Origin: Raillietiella orientalis
Taxonomy: Eukaryota
Reading direction: 5' to 3'
NCBI GenBank assembly: GCA_036172245.1
Contig: JAYWIR010000001.1
Location: 1,550,001-1,614,000 of the forward strand
DNA length: 64,000 nucleotides
In this document: piece after piece, positions 11,910 through 24,139 of the stretch
How positions within the stretch are numbered: position 1 is the stretch's first letter
Layout: each line of letters begins with the position of its first letter
The notes under the pieces: generated by a model
Seen by the model: only the letters and a program-made list of their open reading frames with translations
What the model was told of the DNA's origin: nothing
The model's database searches: none
Made by a program: the position numbers and the translations under genes

Positions 11910-13399
11910 CCTTCCTTGGGGCACGCGCGCTGCGGAATGAGCCGGACTTTCTCTTCGGGAGCGATTTTTGCCTTCCGAGAGGCGGGCAGGACTCCTCCTC
12001 TTCCTCCTCCTCCTTCTCTTCCGACCACTTTCTCGCCCGACCCTCCGAAGGAGGAGAAGCGGGTGAGAACCGGCGCTTCCAGTTTTTGTGGGGGAGCGGC
12101 CGGTGACCCGGAGAGGAGAAGACACCACTCCCGCCGGAACACCCTGGTCCGGCTTCCCCTTTCCTCCGCCCCAGGGACCGAAGATCAGTTTCCTCCTGCC
12201 CGAGACCTCCCCGGTCCCGCGGTAACCGGTCCAAGGGGTCCTCGGTTTACCCTTCCCCTCCCGCGTTCGCTCAAACGTTTGGCCTCCTTTCCCATGCTGA
12301 CGTGCTGCCGAACCTTCTTCCTCATCCCTGCCGAGTGGCAGCCGAGGCACAGAGCCAGCGAAACTTCCAGGCGGTGCCTTAGGCCTCGTCCGCCAAGAAG
12401 AGTCCGTGGACGAGGCGACAGGGGGCTTCCCACTGGCCACCCTTTACGAGGAAGGGAGGTGGGAAGGGCGACAGCGTGTCGAAGGGAGCAGACGGACACC
12501 CCTTTCGCCCTCGACCCTCTCCTCACCCCTTTCGGCGTGCCTTTCCTTCTGGAGCGTCGAGGATCCCAGAACGAACGCTGCTTTGCCGTCTCCCAGAAGT
12601 GGCCAACGAAGAGCAGGAAAAAGGGACGTCACCACGGCTACGTTCCGGCAGAGGTAGATGCGAGACCTCTCTCCTGGAGCCTCCTTGCTCCCTTTCCTCC
12701 TCCCATGTGCCGGAGAAGCGACGTGTCTGCAGAGGTTTAAACCCGGTTGTGCCGGGACATTTATTTTGAAACAAGAACAAGACAACCTACAAGGAGGAGG
12801 GGAAGAAGGGTATTCCCTCAAAAAAATAAGAAACCCCCTCCCCTTTCCCCTAAAAGTCCATCAAGGATAACCACCGGCACGCAGGACGGCTTCCAAAAAC
12901 TAGGGAGCAGAGGGAGAGACAATAAATAAATAAAAAAAAGACGGGAGGATGGGGACAGGGGTCTTTGGTATGAGACGTTCCTTAGTTTTCAGAAGCGGGT
13001 GTGGATGGTGACGATCTCCCTGGCGACTTCTTCAGGCAGATGAGGCTACCTTGCTGCTGCCCTCATGAGGGCTGCTGCCATGCTGGTGGTCACTCTTCAC
13101 TGCAAAGTTGACCCCAACACGCGGCGGGCTGTCACTATGGTGCGGATGCAGCAAATGCTTGCGCCCGTCTGAAGAAGCGTCGCAGCGAGTCCAAAGCGGG
13201 GGGATCCTGCGGTCGACGGAGCGCCGGAACGACTCTCCACCACAAGTCCTTGAAGGCACTGCAGTCTAACAGGAGGTACAGGAAGGACTCCATCACCCCG
13301 CACCGGGAACAGTTCGAGGAAGCAACTCCCTCGGAAACCAGATACCTGCTCTAGTTGCACCGGAATCCCCTGTGCAGAATCAGCAGAACGTCCTGTTTC

Positions 13400-15500
13400 C
13401 AGCGTAGCGGGAACACGGAGGTGTCCACGCAAAGGGAAGAGACCGCGAGTTCTTCGGGGGGCACACTGAACAGGTCGCTCCACCAAGAGAGTCCTTTCGC
13501 CCGGGAACGAGGAGTGGCGCCGTCCACCGCCAACTCGCTCACCTTGCAGCCGTCCAAGAGTTTCCCGACTCCTGCGATGGTACAGGAGAACTTTCACCCC
13601 GACGGTTGGCTGCGGAGGTGGCCCCTCTCCCGTTCTCCATCTTTCCGGTCGTCTCGGCAGCATCTCTCCTACAAGGCGCGGTCTTTTGATCGCTCTCATG
13701 GAGAGTAAGACCTCAAATGACCCCCCTCTTCTTGCAAGAGGGGCCGGAGTGAAGTCGGGTGCCATTGCAGGGAACCATTGAAGAAGGCGCGGAGGGCTGG
13801 AATGGTTTCCGGGCTGGAATGTCAAACTTCCCACGAGCCTTGGCAGGTGGGTGGGTGGAGCAAAGATGAAGGCGTTCCATCAAAGAGGAGCGAGGCAGCT
13901 TCCGGGAGCAATCTCGCGTCTGAACCAATCTCACGGAGAGCTAGAACCGCGCCAATCCGAAGGGAGAGGAAGGAATTTGTCGTGGAGTCTGCAGGAGGGT
14001 ATCCTAAGCGCGCCACCTCCATCGTTTCTTGTCCAGGAGTTCCCTAAGACCCACCAATCAGAGCTCCCTTCTTGAGGGACTGCGTAACATGATATGCGGA
14101 AGACATAACTTCAGCTCCTCCGACGAGGATTCGAGAAGAAGGTGGCGATCGTGAGGGAGCAGCTAGGGGCTGCGGGAATCTCGAGAAGTCCCGGAAAGAA
14201 TAGCGCCGCGGGAGCATGGAGCCTTCCAGTATCCCAGCGAGAAGTAGGCAAGTGCAAGTCGACTGGGACTTCTTGGATGCAGAGAGGGAAGGTGACGTGA
14301 CGTGACTTTGGAGAGCTCCAGGGAGCATCCTCATGTCCAGCAGCCAGAGAACGCAAGTCCTGGAGGAGTTTGGAAGCTTCGAGAGGCCATCGCTGCATTG
14401 CCGAACTGCGAGAAAATCCACGGGGAAGAAGGAAGGTGAAAGAGAAAGTCCGCCGATCCAGCATTGGTCCAGACGCCTTCTATTGCATCTGTGGCGTTAA
14501 CCGGAGGATCCTGAAGGGGCCTCGAAGCTTTGAGAGCCACTCCTGAGTTTTTCATCAGGGACTGCTCGGAAGACTCCGGATGAGAAGCCATCAGCTTGGA
14601 AGCAGGATGGGCAACCGCACAGGAAGACTGGCGTGCCGACGGAGTTCTGAGGAACAGTGGCAAGAAGACCTTATACCTGGGGTATTCCATTGCAAGCTAT
14701 GGGAGGTCCCTTGGAGTTTAGCCCACCGAAGTGAAGCGAGAATCGCACCCATGATTCGTGAACGAAGTACTTGAAAGTGTCCTCAGGCATGTGTGGGAGG
14801 ATACGTGGCACGCCCCCGGCTCAAGCGCACCGGCTGATGTCTGGCGTTCCTCGAGAATGCGATCTTTGCCCTTATGAGGGATAGCCACGCCAGAGATCGC
14901 TTCTCTTCCTCCCCTCCCTCTCAAGAACGCGGACCGAAATCTCTTTCGTGGACACGTGGACCCTCGATCCTCACGGACCATCTTCCTGTGATTTCTCGGC
15001 TCGCTGATCCGCGGATGGGACTTGAAATCGTGCTTCGGGTCAAGACCGAGTCATGACCTACCTTTCGTGTGTTCCCGAACCGAAGCGCCCGCAGCCGTGA
15101 CGGCTGGAACCAGTCCGCTCGCGGTCGCCGCAGCTGCTCGGTCGCTTCCGCGGAAACAACCTGATGGGCGAGGGAGAGGGAAGGAGTATACCAGAGTCTC
15201 GGACGCTCCCAAGGTCCCCGCACTACCCGTGGTTGATAATTCGCGGTTTCGGGGAACTTCTGGTGAAGAACGAGCAGTCCCTGGATGAAGACGCCCGGCC
15301 ACTTTGAGCTCTTCGCGCGAGACGATACCTCGAGCGCTGCCGGGGGCACTGGTGCAGTTTACGAACGAAGAGAGTGAAATGAACACTCTTTGCTGATGGG
15401 TGGTCCTTCTGGAGCGCGATCTGCACCAGGGTAGAACTGAGCTTGGCAACGAGTGGGAGGCATTCGCTCTCCATGGTGACGATCGGAAAAAAGACGTTGG
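13400..15500 (+). mobile_element. Decayed L1/Tx1-type LINE (EN, RT and 3' region)
   Basis: DGWLRRWP..SPSF..ARSFDR (EN-like), QVDWDFL at 14258-14275 followed by FGELQ (RT; like DRVDWDFL..GFG), and LENAIFAL..PSQERG (post-RT). Confidence 0.5.
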
Positions 15501-15510
15501 CGATCATGTG

Positions 15511-16030
15511 ACACCGACCGACGCAGGTTCGAATCCCTCTCGGAGAAGAGTCGACGCCAAGAAACGAAGATGTGCGTCGGGGCTTTCGAGTCCCTCCCTC
15601 AGGATGACGCCGTCTGGTCCACAGAATTCGGATGCGGCGGCACTGGTGCGAGCCGGACGCCCCCGGGGACTGGAAGTCAACCCTCCGGGGTCCTTCCAAG
15701 GCATCAAGGAGCCCTTCGGGGTTCTCCGCTTGTGGAAATGCAGACTTTTCCTTCCTTGGCTGGGAACCCTCCGTACCAAAGAGCTGGTTAATAGCCCCCT
15801 CTCCTCGAAGGGCTGCTTCTCCAGAGTGCAAGAAGCGCGCTGCTCCCTTCGGAAAATGCCCTTAAGAGGGGGAAACAAGGAGTGGTCTCCATTGTGGGTT
15901 CACTCCGGAGAGAATGGGGATGAGAGTCCTTTCGGGGTTCCCCTGCGGGTACAATAAGGGCGAGGTTCCCTCTCAAGCGTAAGAGGAACGGACTCCTTGC
16001 TACGGTCTACGCTACGAGTCTTCCTGGATT
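15511..16030 (+). mobile_element. SINE-like repeat, copy 2
   Basis: GGTTCGAATCC at 15526-15536, a second box gctttcgagtcc, and the shared body through agcgtaagaggaacg...ttcctggatt. Confidence 0.65.
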
Positions 16031-16379
16031 GACGCAGCCTGCCCACTCCTTGACTGCTGCTGGGCGCGGGAGCCGCTCCCGAGCTGCCGGAGTGCCTCCT
16101 GCCGGGAGCCACCGATCGACCACCGCGGGGGAGACTCGAAGCCACCTCGCTGCCCAAAAGTCCACCTTCCGCTTCCCGGTGGCGGAGCAAACCGCAGCTT
16201 CCGGATGACATCACCGCACATCTCCTTCCGATGGGATGTCCCGCCTCCTTGCTACTTCAGATGGTCCTCACGTCCCCAAAGGGAGAAGGGCGTCCCCCAG
16301 CGCTTCTGTGGAAGCTGCTTCGACACCCTTTTTTCCTTCCTCGGCGGGTCGGGAGTGGAGGACGCGAGGCCGGAAGCGC

Positions 16380-17600
16380 CTGGGCTCCTCCTCCTCTCCT
16401 CCTCGAGATGGAGTGCCGCATCGTGTGCGCGCCGTGGCCTTCCACCCTTCTTCCCAAAACTCTTCGACATTATTCCAGAGCTCCCGGGTCCATCTCCGGT
16501 CGTCCCAGGAGGGAGACGGGGGAAGTACACGCGTCTTCGAACCTCTCCCTGCATGTCTCCAGGCAGCGGCTGGCAAAGGTCCCTCGCTGTAGCGATCGCT
16601 TCAGGATCTCCCCGGGCTTCTAGAGGTCGTTCTGATCCTTGTAAATGGGTCCTGAGGAGGCAGCCGTCTTCGGCTGCGGTGGCCGTCCACGTCGAGCGGG
16701 AGCGCTTCCTGAAAGTAGGAAGTGGAAACCTCATTCTCGGAAGGCAGGACCCACCGAAAAAGAGGTTTCGGGGGCTGGAGCGAGTAGGCGCGCGCAAGGG
16801 GGATGAGGAGGGGGGAGCGCAAAAAAAGGGAAGAAGAAGAAGAGCGGTGGAAGTTGGAAGAAAAAAAGAGAGAAGAAGGCAAAAAGTGGGGAATTCGCAC
16901 GACGCACCCGGCTGAACCGGGCGGCAGCGCGCAGCCTTTCTAGGCTGCTGCAGGCACTTTCACTCTTTAATCAAATGATCGGTAAACAGCGATGCGGTGG
17001 ATTCTGTGCCAGAAGGCGTGGAGAACGTGAAGAGATTCCACTGCGGGGGAGGAGGAAGGAGGTGACTGCAAAAAAAAAAAAAAAAAAGGGACAAAACAAA
17101 AGGAGGAAGAAATACCCCGGAAGAACCGCAGCGGAAATGCTTGCGACTCGAAGTAGGCGCTTCGGCGCTTTTCAGCCTCCCGTGGAGCAGCTGCTGCGAT
17201 GCCCGCGAAAGCTGCGGCAGGGAAGCCGGTTGCGCCCAGACGAGCGGGCACTGAGGATCGCACACGGCTGCCAGAGTCTCCAGAGATGCATCGTGAAAGG
17301 CAGCGGAGAGGTGGTCCGCCACTCGCGCACCCACTGAATTTACTTGAATGCGCCTCGGGACTCTCCGATGGTTCTCCTGGAGAGCGATCTGTGGTCGTTC
17401 TGGAGAACCGCGAGCAGAGAGCACCACCGACTAGAGAGTCAGCCAGACGAGACGACAAGGGTGGGGGTGGGGAGGCTCGCACGTCCCCTATTGGAATTTC
17501 TTCATCTCCTGAAGAATACAGCGGACGTTGACGCCGGAGTGGCACCGAGCTTGGCAGCGAGTGTGAAATCCGCTCTCCATGGTGACTATCGGGGAAAAAA
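16380..17600 (+). mobile_element. Decayed L1/Tx1-type LINE (EN fragment plus 3' end, internally deleted)
   Basis: RIVCAP..FFPKLFDII..PVVPGG and AVAVHVE..KVGSG are EN-like. At the 3' end, LRIAHG..H..LLEC and LWSFWRT are followed by a short A-run at about 17595-17600. Confidence 0.45.
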
Positions 17601-17648
17601 ACGGAGTCCGAAACCCGCGTGCGCGACAGTGAGGCAGCAGCTCGTGGT

Positions 17649-17745
17649 ACCGACCGACGCGGGTTCGAATCCCTCCCGGGGAAGAGTTGACGCCGAGAAA
17701 TGGGGGGTGCGTCTCAGGTTTCGAGTCCACCCCGCGGGATGACAC
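17649..17745 (+). mobile_element. SINE-like repeat, copy 3 (head only)
   Basis: accgaccgacgcGGGTTCGAATCCctcccggggaagagttgacgcc is nearly identical to the head of copy 2. Confidence 0.65.
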
Positions 17746-18899
17746 CTGCTGGACTATATTCGGGTGCAGCAGCGGACGACATTGGCACCGCTTCTGCGGC
17801 CAGGAAGGAGAGAGCCTTCGAGTGCGCTCTCGCGGTGCAAAAGGAAGCAGCTATGAATACACTGTCTGTTCTGGTTAAGTTAGGTTTGGTTAGGTAGGTG
17901 AGGTGAGATATGGTGAGCCTTCCGCACGTCAGCCACGGGAAACGATCGGCATAGTCGTCTCCAGGATGAATAGTGCATCAGGATGACCTCATCGAGAACA
18001 CAAATAAACGAAGGATCGCATCAGTTCCTTGCATCTCACCCAGGATATAGTGGTCGCGGATCAGATAACTTATTGAGTCTTCTGTTTCCGCTACATATCC
18101 GCTACATATTTATCTATGTTTCTCTCCCTCATCGATCCGGCCTTCGTGTGCCGTGTGGGTTTAGAATGAAGGCTACGCCGACCGCCATTCTCCTCAATCC
18201 CCATTTGACACTCAGAAGCACGTAGGAACTGATGCGCCTTCTGAAGGCAACCACATCACACGTGTCTGCTGCAGACTTTGCCAGCAATGGGGATAATCGA
18301 AAGCACCCACCACGAAGAATCCCAGCAACCGAGGGAGAGCAGTCTCCGTCCAAGTATGCCTTCATAAGTCTCCGTCTCAGTTTGCCCTCATGGGTCTCCC
18401 TGACTTCTCATTCTTCTTGACGCGCTCCTCCTTCCTGGTTCCCTTCTTCTCTGCAGCCCTAGCCCTGCAGCCAGATCTCTTCCGCCTCTCTTTTTTCTTC
18501 TCGAGGCGTCGGGCTACTCCGCTCGATCCGGAGGTGCGCTGAGCTGGACGCCGTTTCTCATCGGCGTGATGACCCCGAGCACTCCGACCGCCGGTCCGCC
18601 AGCTTCGAAGTTCTGGCGCTCGGCACGCGACGTTCAGGTCCACCTGGTCCACCAGACTCCCAGGTGGATAGCAGAGCCAGCTACCTTCCCTCTTCCGTCA
18701 CTCCCTCCCGCAACCAATTCACCGTGAACGTTACGAATCGCTCGACGGGAATGGACTTGCGCCACAGAGCGTGGAAGGTGGCACAAGCTTTCAAAACGTC
18801 ATCCACTCCAGGGCAGGGAGATCCACCGGGGTGAGCAACGAGACCGACCACCATTTACGACCTCCAAACTCCGACTCTCCTCAACGCGGGTGGTCCAAC

Positions 18900-20400
18900 A
18901 GACCCTCGAAGGCTGAAGACGGTCCTTCGGAGTTCAGCTCTTCCTGGGGTACCACTTGGTTCACCGCCGTGACCATCTGTTTCTAAGGTGCTGGCCATTC
19001 TTGGATGGAGTCACACTGCAAGAACGGAGCACTGCTACATTCCCTCCTAAATCTCCAACGTGCGCTGGGAATTCGTCGTCATCATCCTCCCCCTTCCCCT
19101 TCCCCTTCCTCCAGAAGATCTGCCGATGGTAGCCCAGCTGACTGGAACTCAAAGCGGCGGTGGCCGAACCGCCCAAATTTGGCACCGTCCGCACGATCCG
19201 GCTGAAGACCACTTCACTCGGTACACTCGGTGGATTGGCTGTGACGGTGATAGACAGGCCCCATCCGCCCCTTGCGTGCTCAGCACCGGCGACGAGATCT
19301 CTGACGTTTGGCGCGCCGGACAGTATGGGTTTCCTGGATTCCACGCGTCTTCAGGACACCTGAAGAAAGGTGCACGAGCGCTGCAACTAGCTGAGGCAAG
19401 CGCGCCGGGCGAGGTCGGCGTGCGGCAGAAAAAGCGCTGCAAGAATCAGCGAGAAATGGGGAGGGGGGGGGGAGAAAGCGTGGTGCAGGGAGAGATTGCT
19501 CTTCGTCTCTGCATCTCCATAAGCCGAAAGAAAGTACCGCATCCAAGGCTACATGCGACCGAGGGCAATATTCGTCTGGGCACTCTCTGTACCAAGGTTC
19601 CAGGTTTCTTCTGGCTGAACGCTGCTGCGTGGTAGGAGGAGAGAAAATGATCATCCAAAATGACCGTATCGAAGATGACTGTGGGTCTCTCTAAAGACAG
19701 GAGCTGAAGAAGAAGTGAAAGTCCAGTGCGAAAGTGCCGTGAATGGCCGCGTCGCATGTGACGCACCACCTAAAATGAAGGGTGAGGCAGAGCGCACGCG
19801 GCAGGTGGTCGTGCTAGCGGATCCGCGCCAATTGCAGCACACCCGCAGGCGAGATGATGCGCCCCGTGCTGCAGTGCTGCGGGAGGCAGGTCTTCGGACG
19901 GAGGAGCTCGCTCCGCGGCCCTGCCAGATTCCTCTGGCGGGGGTGGGAGATGCGTGGGTAAAAAGGTCGAGGGCAGACGACTGGCTACGTGGCATCTTCG
20001 GACTGCTCCGGCGCCTTCGTGGATGGCGTGAGGAGGTGCGGGAGCTCGTGCAGATACGCTGGGAAGCTTCGACCTCACGCAGGGGGAGCATGGCAAGACC
20101 ACCAAGGCAGACCGTGGCGCATGGCACCCGCAGACCCACGTCCGGTGGAGGGCTTGTCGTCTTGAACTGAAATGTGACTCCACACGCGCTTGAGCTGTGG
20201 CACGTGTCTCCGGTGAGGTGGACCTGCCTGCCGGTAGTGCGCTTGCCGTGGGGGAGGATTCCCAAGGGATGTGCGCTCTGCCGGGATCTCGGAAAGCCTT
20301 CCCGTGCGTGCTTTTGGAATGCGTCGGGCTGCAGGAAAAGTCGCAAACAACCACCCGAGGTCATGTCCGCTTTCTCGAGACTCTTTTAAGGTTCGCCGGT
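18900..20400 (+). mobile_element. Decayed L1/Tx1-type LINE (EN to post-RT)
   Basis: QIWHRPHDPAEDHFTR (EN; like D.WR..HP...FT), GNIRLGTLCTK, CESAVNGRV..TRQ, LRGIFG..RRLRGWR and ALELWHVS..LPWG occur in the expected order. Confidence 0.5.
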
Positions 20401-20494
20401 CCCGCTTCCTGTCTGGCCACCCCCTGCTACGAGCGAGCGGCAATGACCACGATCACCTGCGCTGGAGATGGCGGACTCCGCGCTTGTTCCAAGC

Positions 20495-21000
20495 GTAGCG
20501 GGTTCGGATCCCGTCCAGGGAAGGATCGACTCTGACAAATGGGGGGTGCGGCATGGGTTTCGAGTTCCTTCCTCCCCCCCCCCCCGCAGGACGACGCTGG
20601 TTAGCCTATAGACTTAAGATGCGGCACTAGGGGAAGCCGGATGCCTCGTTCACTGGCTGGGATTGGAAGTTGACCCTTCGGGGTCATTCCAGGAATCAAG
20701 GAGCCCATTTTCTTCGGGTTCCCCTCCGGTTGCGAAAATGGAGCCGTTCCATGGGGCTGGTTGATACCCTTCCTTAGGGCGGCTGCCACTCCAAAGTGCA
20801 AGTGCGCTGCTCCCTTCAGGGTTCTCTTCAGAGGAGTAACACGGAAGAGGTTCTCATGCGGGTTCCCTCCTCCGGAGCCTTCATGGATTCATGGGGTGTT
20901 CCTACGGGGCTGCCCCCTAAACTGAAGAGTTGATACGCGCCCTCGGGTGGCGTGGACGGTGCTTCAGGAGCTTCGTGAGCCTCTAGGCGAACGGTTCCCG
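20495..21000 (+). mobile_element. SINE-like repeat, copy 4
   Basis: GGTTCGGATCC at 20501-20511, second box gggtttcgagtt, and the shared body. The 3' part ggggctgccccctaa..gaagag..ggcgtggacggtgctt matches copies 6 and 7. Confidence 0.65.
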
Positions 21001-21499
21001 AGTACTTAGAGAAAAAAAGGAGATGGAGAAGGGTGTGGCTGCCATCAGAGAGTTGCCTCCGTCTGCCGCAGGGTGCCAGGAGATGACCCGACTGGAAAAG
21101 TGGCTCCAAAGGGCGCCTCGGGACAACTGCGGACTGGCTGGGAACTGGACCGACAATAGCGCCTGTTCTCTTGTTCTCCCTCTTGGAGCGGCGCATTCCC
21201 CGACCGTCTATAAATAGATTCATCTCCAACCGTCCGCAAAATGCAACGAGGTGATAAACAAGTGTTCATGCGCGGTTGTGGGCACGTGGACACGACGACA
21301 CCACTCGCACGGGATTGCGGATGTGCGGGATCGCAAACTTGCTTATGTGAACACGTGGTGCACACACACACTTTGAGGACGGCTCAAGGGCGTGCCCGTG
21401 CCTGCCAGACGTGACTTTTCCTCACCCTGCCCCACCCCGGGGCACGATGCCGAAATATGGATACAGAAGGATATGGAAGGACCTTATGTAACACAGACA

Positions 21500-22480
21500 A
21501 AGTATTTGGAGAGATGCTGAGTGAGGAATTCGTGCAAGGCGGAGAACGCCGGCGAGCTCCTGCTTCAACGGCTGGAACTCAGTCCTTTTTTGTTTATCCT
21601 AGCTGGTCGCCTTCGCGAGCTGCTGGACTGATAGACTGGAGATCTTTCCTGGATGATGCCTCCTGTCTTTCCCTGTCCCACAACGCCTGTTTGCTCGGGA
21701 ACCTGCAGGTCTTCCTTGGTTTTCTTGAGCTCTTCTCGAATGCAACTCAAGCTGCCAGTGTCACTAGAAAAAAAGAACCTCTTCTGTCTTTTTTCTGGTA
21801 ACGTTGGTCACACTTGTCCGGTGACCTCATTGATTTCCATCGCCCTGGAATTCAGTTGCTAATGTGGAGGCAACTCTGGAACGGCAGGCGGAGGAGCGGA
21901 CTTCACATCACCTGACTCTCGACAGTCCTCTTTCACTTTACGTCTTTCTCCGAAGACGCCACATCCCGGGTTCCAGCGGCAGAGCCGAATCTCTGAAGCT
22001 GCAAGCCCCAGGGATTTCTGCAGCGACCAGGAGGTGAACGGCATCGCGAAGATGGCGTCGCCGCGGTCCTCTTACATCCGCTCGGGGAACAGGGAGCAGT
22101 TCAGAAGCGGGAAAGCTCATCACGAGCTCGGAGAAAGGGCGCGGTGCCCGCGACGCTCCCAGAATACCGCTGACTGCTCGCTGCAGGAGACGTTGGAAAG
22201 ACTCGGGAAGACTTCGTGGGAGCAAGGCACCCCTCTTGCTGCAGCGCTGACGCCCCCGCGGTACCCCCCACGGCGGCGACCAGCCTGAAAGTTTGGAGGT
22301 GACCCGCGCGCAAGCGCAGGGATGGAAATGTTTGTTGGGATGTTTGAAGGCACGTCAGCTGGCAGTCGCTTCCACGCCCGAAGGACTTTCCCGATGGGTT
22401 CATCTCCTCGAAATCCCCTCGGAAGACGTGAAGATCCCCAATCCAAACCCCCATCCTTCGCTCTCCTCCTGAAGTGACAG
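21500..22480 (-). mobile_element. Decayed L1/Tx1-type LINE, RT fragment
   Basis: SGKSFGRGSD (like GKSPGPDG), LPESFQR, AEIPGACSFRD (like IPGRSI.D), GGIIQERSP (like GIRQG.PLSP) and ARINKK (like IN..KS). Confidence 0.5.
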
Positions 22481-22654
22481 GGCTTGGCTCATTCAACCCA
22501 TTCAACTCCTGGACAAGGGGAAGTGCGTGACTTCGGGCAATGTCCGGTGCGGTGAAAGGGAATCCTTCCCTCCTCTACTGATGGAGGAGCTGTGTCGGCC
22601 TTCGGGATGTGTGGGAACGTTTTGTAACGGGTCTACAATCCCCAAGGGCACATT

Positions 22655-22775
22655 CAAACCTTATATATAGATCTGGAAGGACATATGAGGCCTTGTACAG
22701 AGAGTTAGGACATGGAAGGACTTCATATGTAGATGTAGAAGGATATGTAAGGACCTTACATATAGATATAGATTT
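22655..22775 (+). repeat. Degenerate minisatellite of about 30-33 bp, about 4 units
   Basis: Units resemble accttatatatagatctggaaggacatatgagg and acttcatatgtagatgtagaaggatatgtaagg. A related unit lies at about 21457-21492. Confidence 0.6.
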
Positions 22776-23759
22776 TGGCAGTTTATATGTAAATATCCTT
22801 TCCCAATAAACGCCAGGGAAACGCATCCGTTCACAGAGTCGGGGCGTACGCTCGGCTTGCACGGTTGGTGCCTTTCATGCGTCGCCCACTCTCAGCGACG
22901 ACACAGGATCGATGCTCTCCCTCCTCCTCCCCCCAAAAGGAATGTGCTTCCTCATGCGGATGGGGCATGTCCTTGTGCAAGGAGGAGCGCTCGAGCCTCA
23001 CCTCCGCGCCTGGGGACGCACGGCGGTCGCACGAAGGGAGCACCGAGCTCTCTTCCGGTGCGACGGCAACAGCCTGCTCGCTTACCCTCCGGGAAAAGGC
23101 GCGTAAGCCGGGCGGAGGCATAGGCGGCCATTGCAGACGCATGGATGCGCTTTCCAGCTGTCTTCTGCAGTGTTAAGTGGGGCGACGGGTCGCGCCCATC
23201 ACGCTCAATGCAAAATCCGACTTGGTCAGCACCGCCGGGTCAGAAATGGTTTCTGTTGTCAGCGAAGATGGATGGAACAACACAACAAAAAAAAGAAAAA
23301 AGGAAAGAAAGAAACCGCATCCATCGGAGGCATCTGGATGGCAGCTCTAAATCATCCATTAAGTACGCCGACGGCGACCCCGTTTTCGAAACCGGGAGCA
23401 AAGCGGAAATCGGGCGACCGAAAAGACCGGCGACCTGCACGAAGCACCCCCCGAACTGGGAACTGAGCTCTTCCGGCACGGAAAAGACTTTCGGTGAGGC
23501 GGCGGCGGCGGCGGCGGGGGGGGGGACAACACTTTCTTCGCGAGGTGCGCGCGCGTGCGAGCAAAATCCCCGCCTTTTGTTCCGAAAGTAGGTGAACCCA
23601 GGCACGTCTCTTGGAAGCCCAGGTGCCACGGCGGAAGAAACTGCAGAGGCTGCGCGGGCGCCCGAACGTGCCGGGCACGCACGTCAGAAAGGCGGCGGCG
23701 GAGGGGGAGAAGGGAGAGCAGCGGGCGGCCGCGCCGCGTTGCCTCGCTTCCCCGAGAGC

Positions 23760-24030
23760 AAGCGGGTCTTCGGGAAGCGCGGTAACCTTGAAACCCGGAC
23801 GGAACTCTCGTCGTCCGGTAGGGAACTCCGGCGAGCGGGTCTTCCTGAGGGACCGGAAAAGGACGGAAAGCGAAAGTTCCAGTCGCAGCCAGCGAGGAAG
23901 TCCCGGCGCCTCTGGCTGGGCGGGGAGGGCGCCCGGATCCGGCGCTGTGTGTGCAGAACACCTTCGTCACGGAGGAACGCCGGAGCAAAGTCCTTCGGGA
24001 AGCCCGGATGCAGCACCCGCGCCCAAGAGG
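23760..24030 (+). mobile_element. Possible Tx1-type ORF1 (gag-like) remnant
   Basis: GNSGERVFL...EVP..LWLGGEGARIRRCVC resembles the G.R.F...P..F.LGG..G.I.Y.GQ..C segment that precedes the zinc knuckles of Tx1 ORF1. It is frameshifted and weak. Confidence 0.3.
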
Positions 24031-24139
24031 GAGCAACCCCTGCCGCACGAAGCGCGAGGCCGCCGCGCGGTTGAGACTTCCAGACTCAACTCCCTGACTT
24101 CCAGACCGCAACCAACTTGCTCCCGGTGCGACGGCAAAC

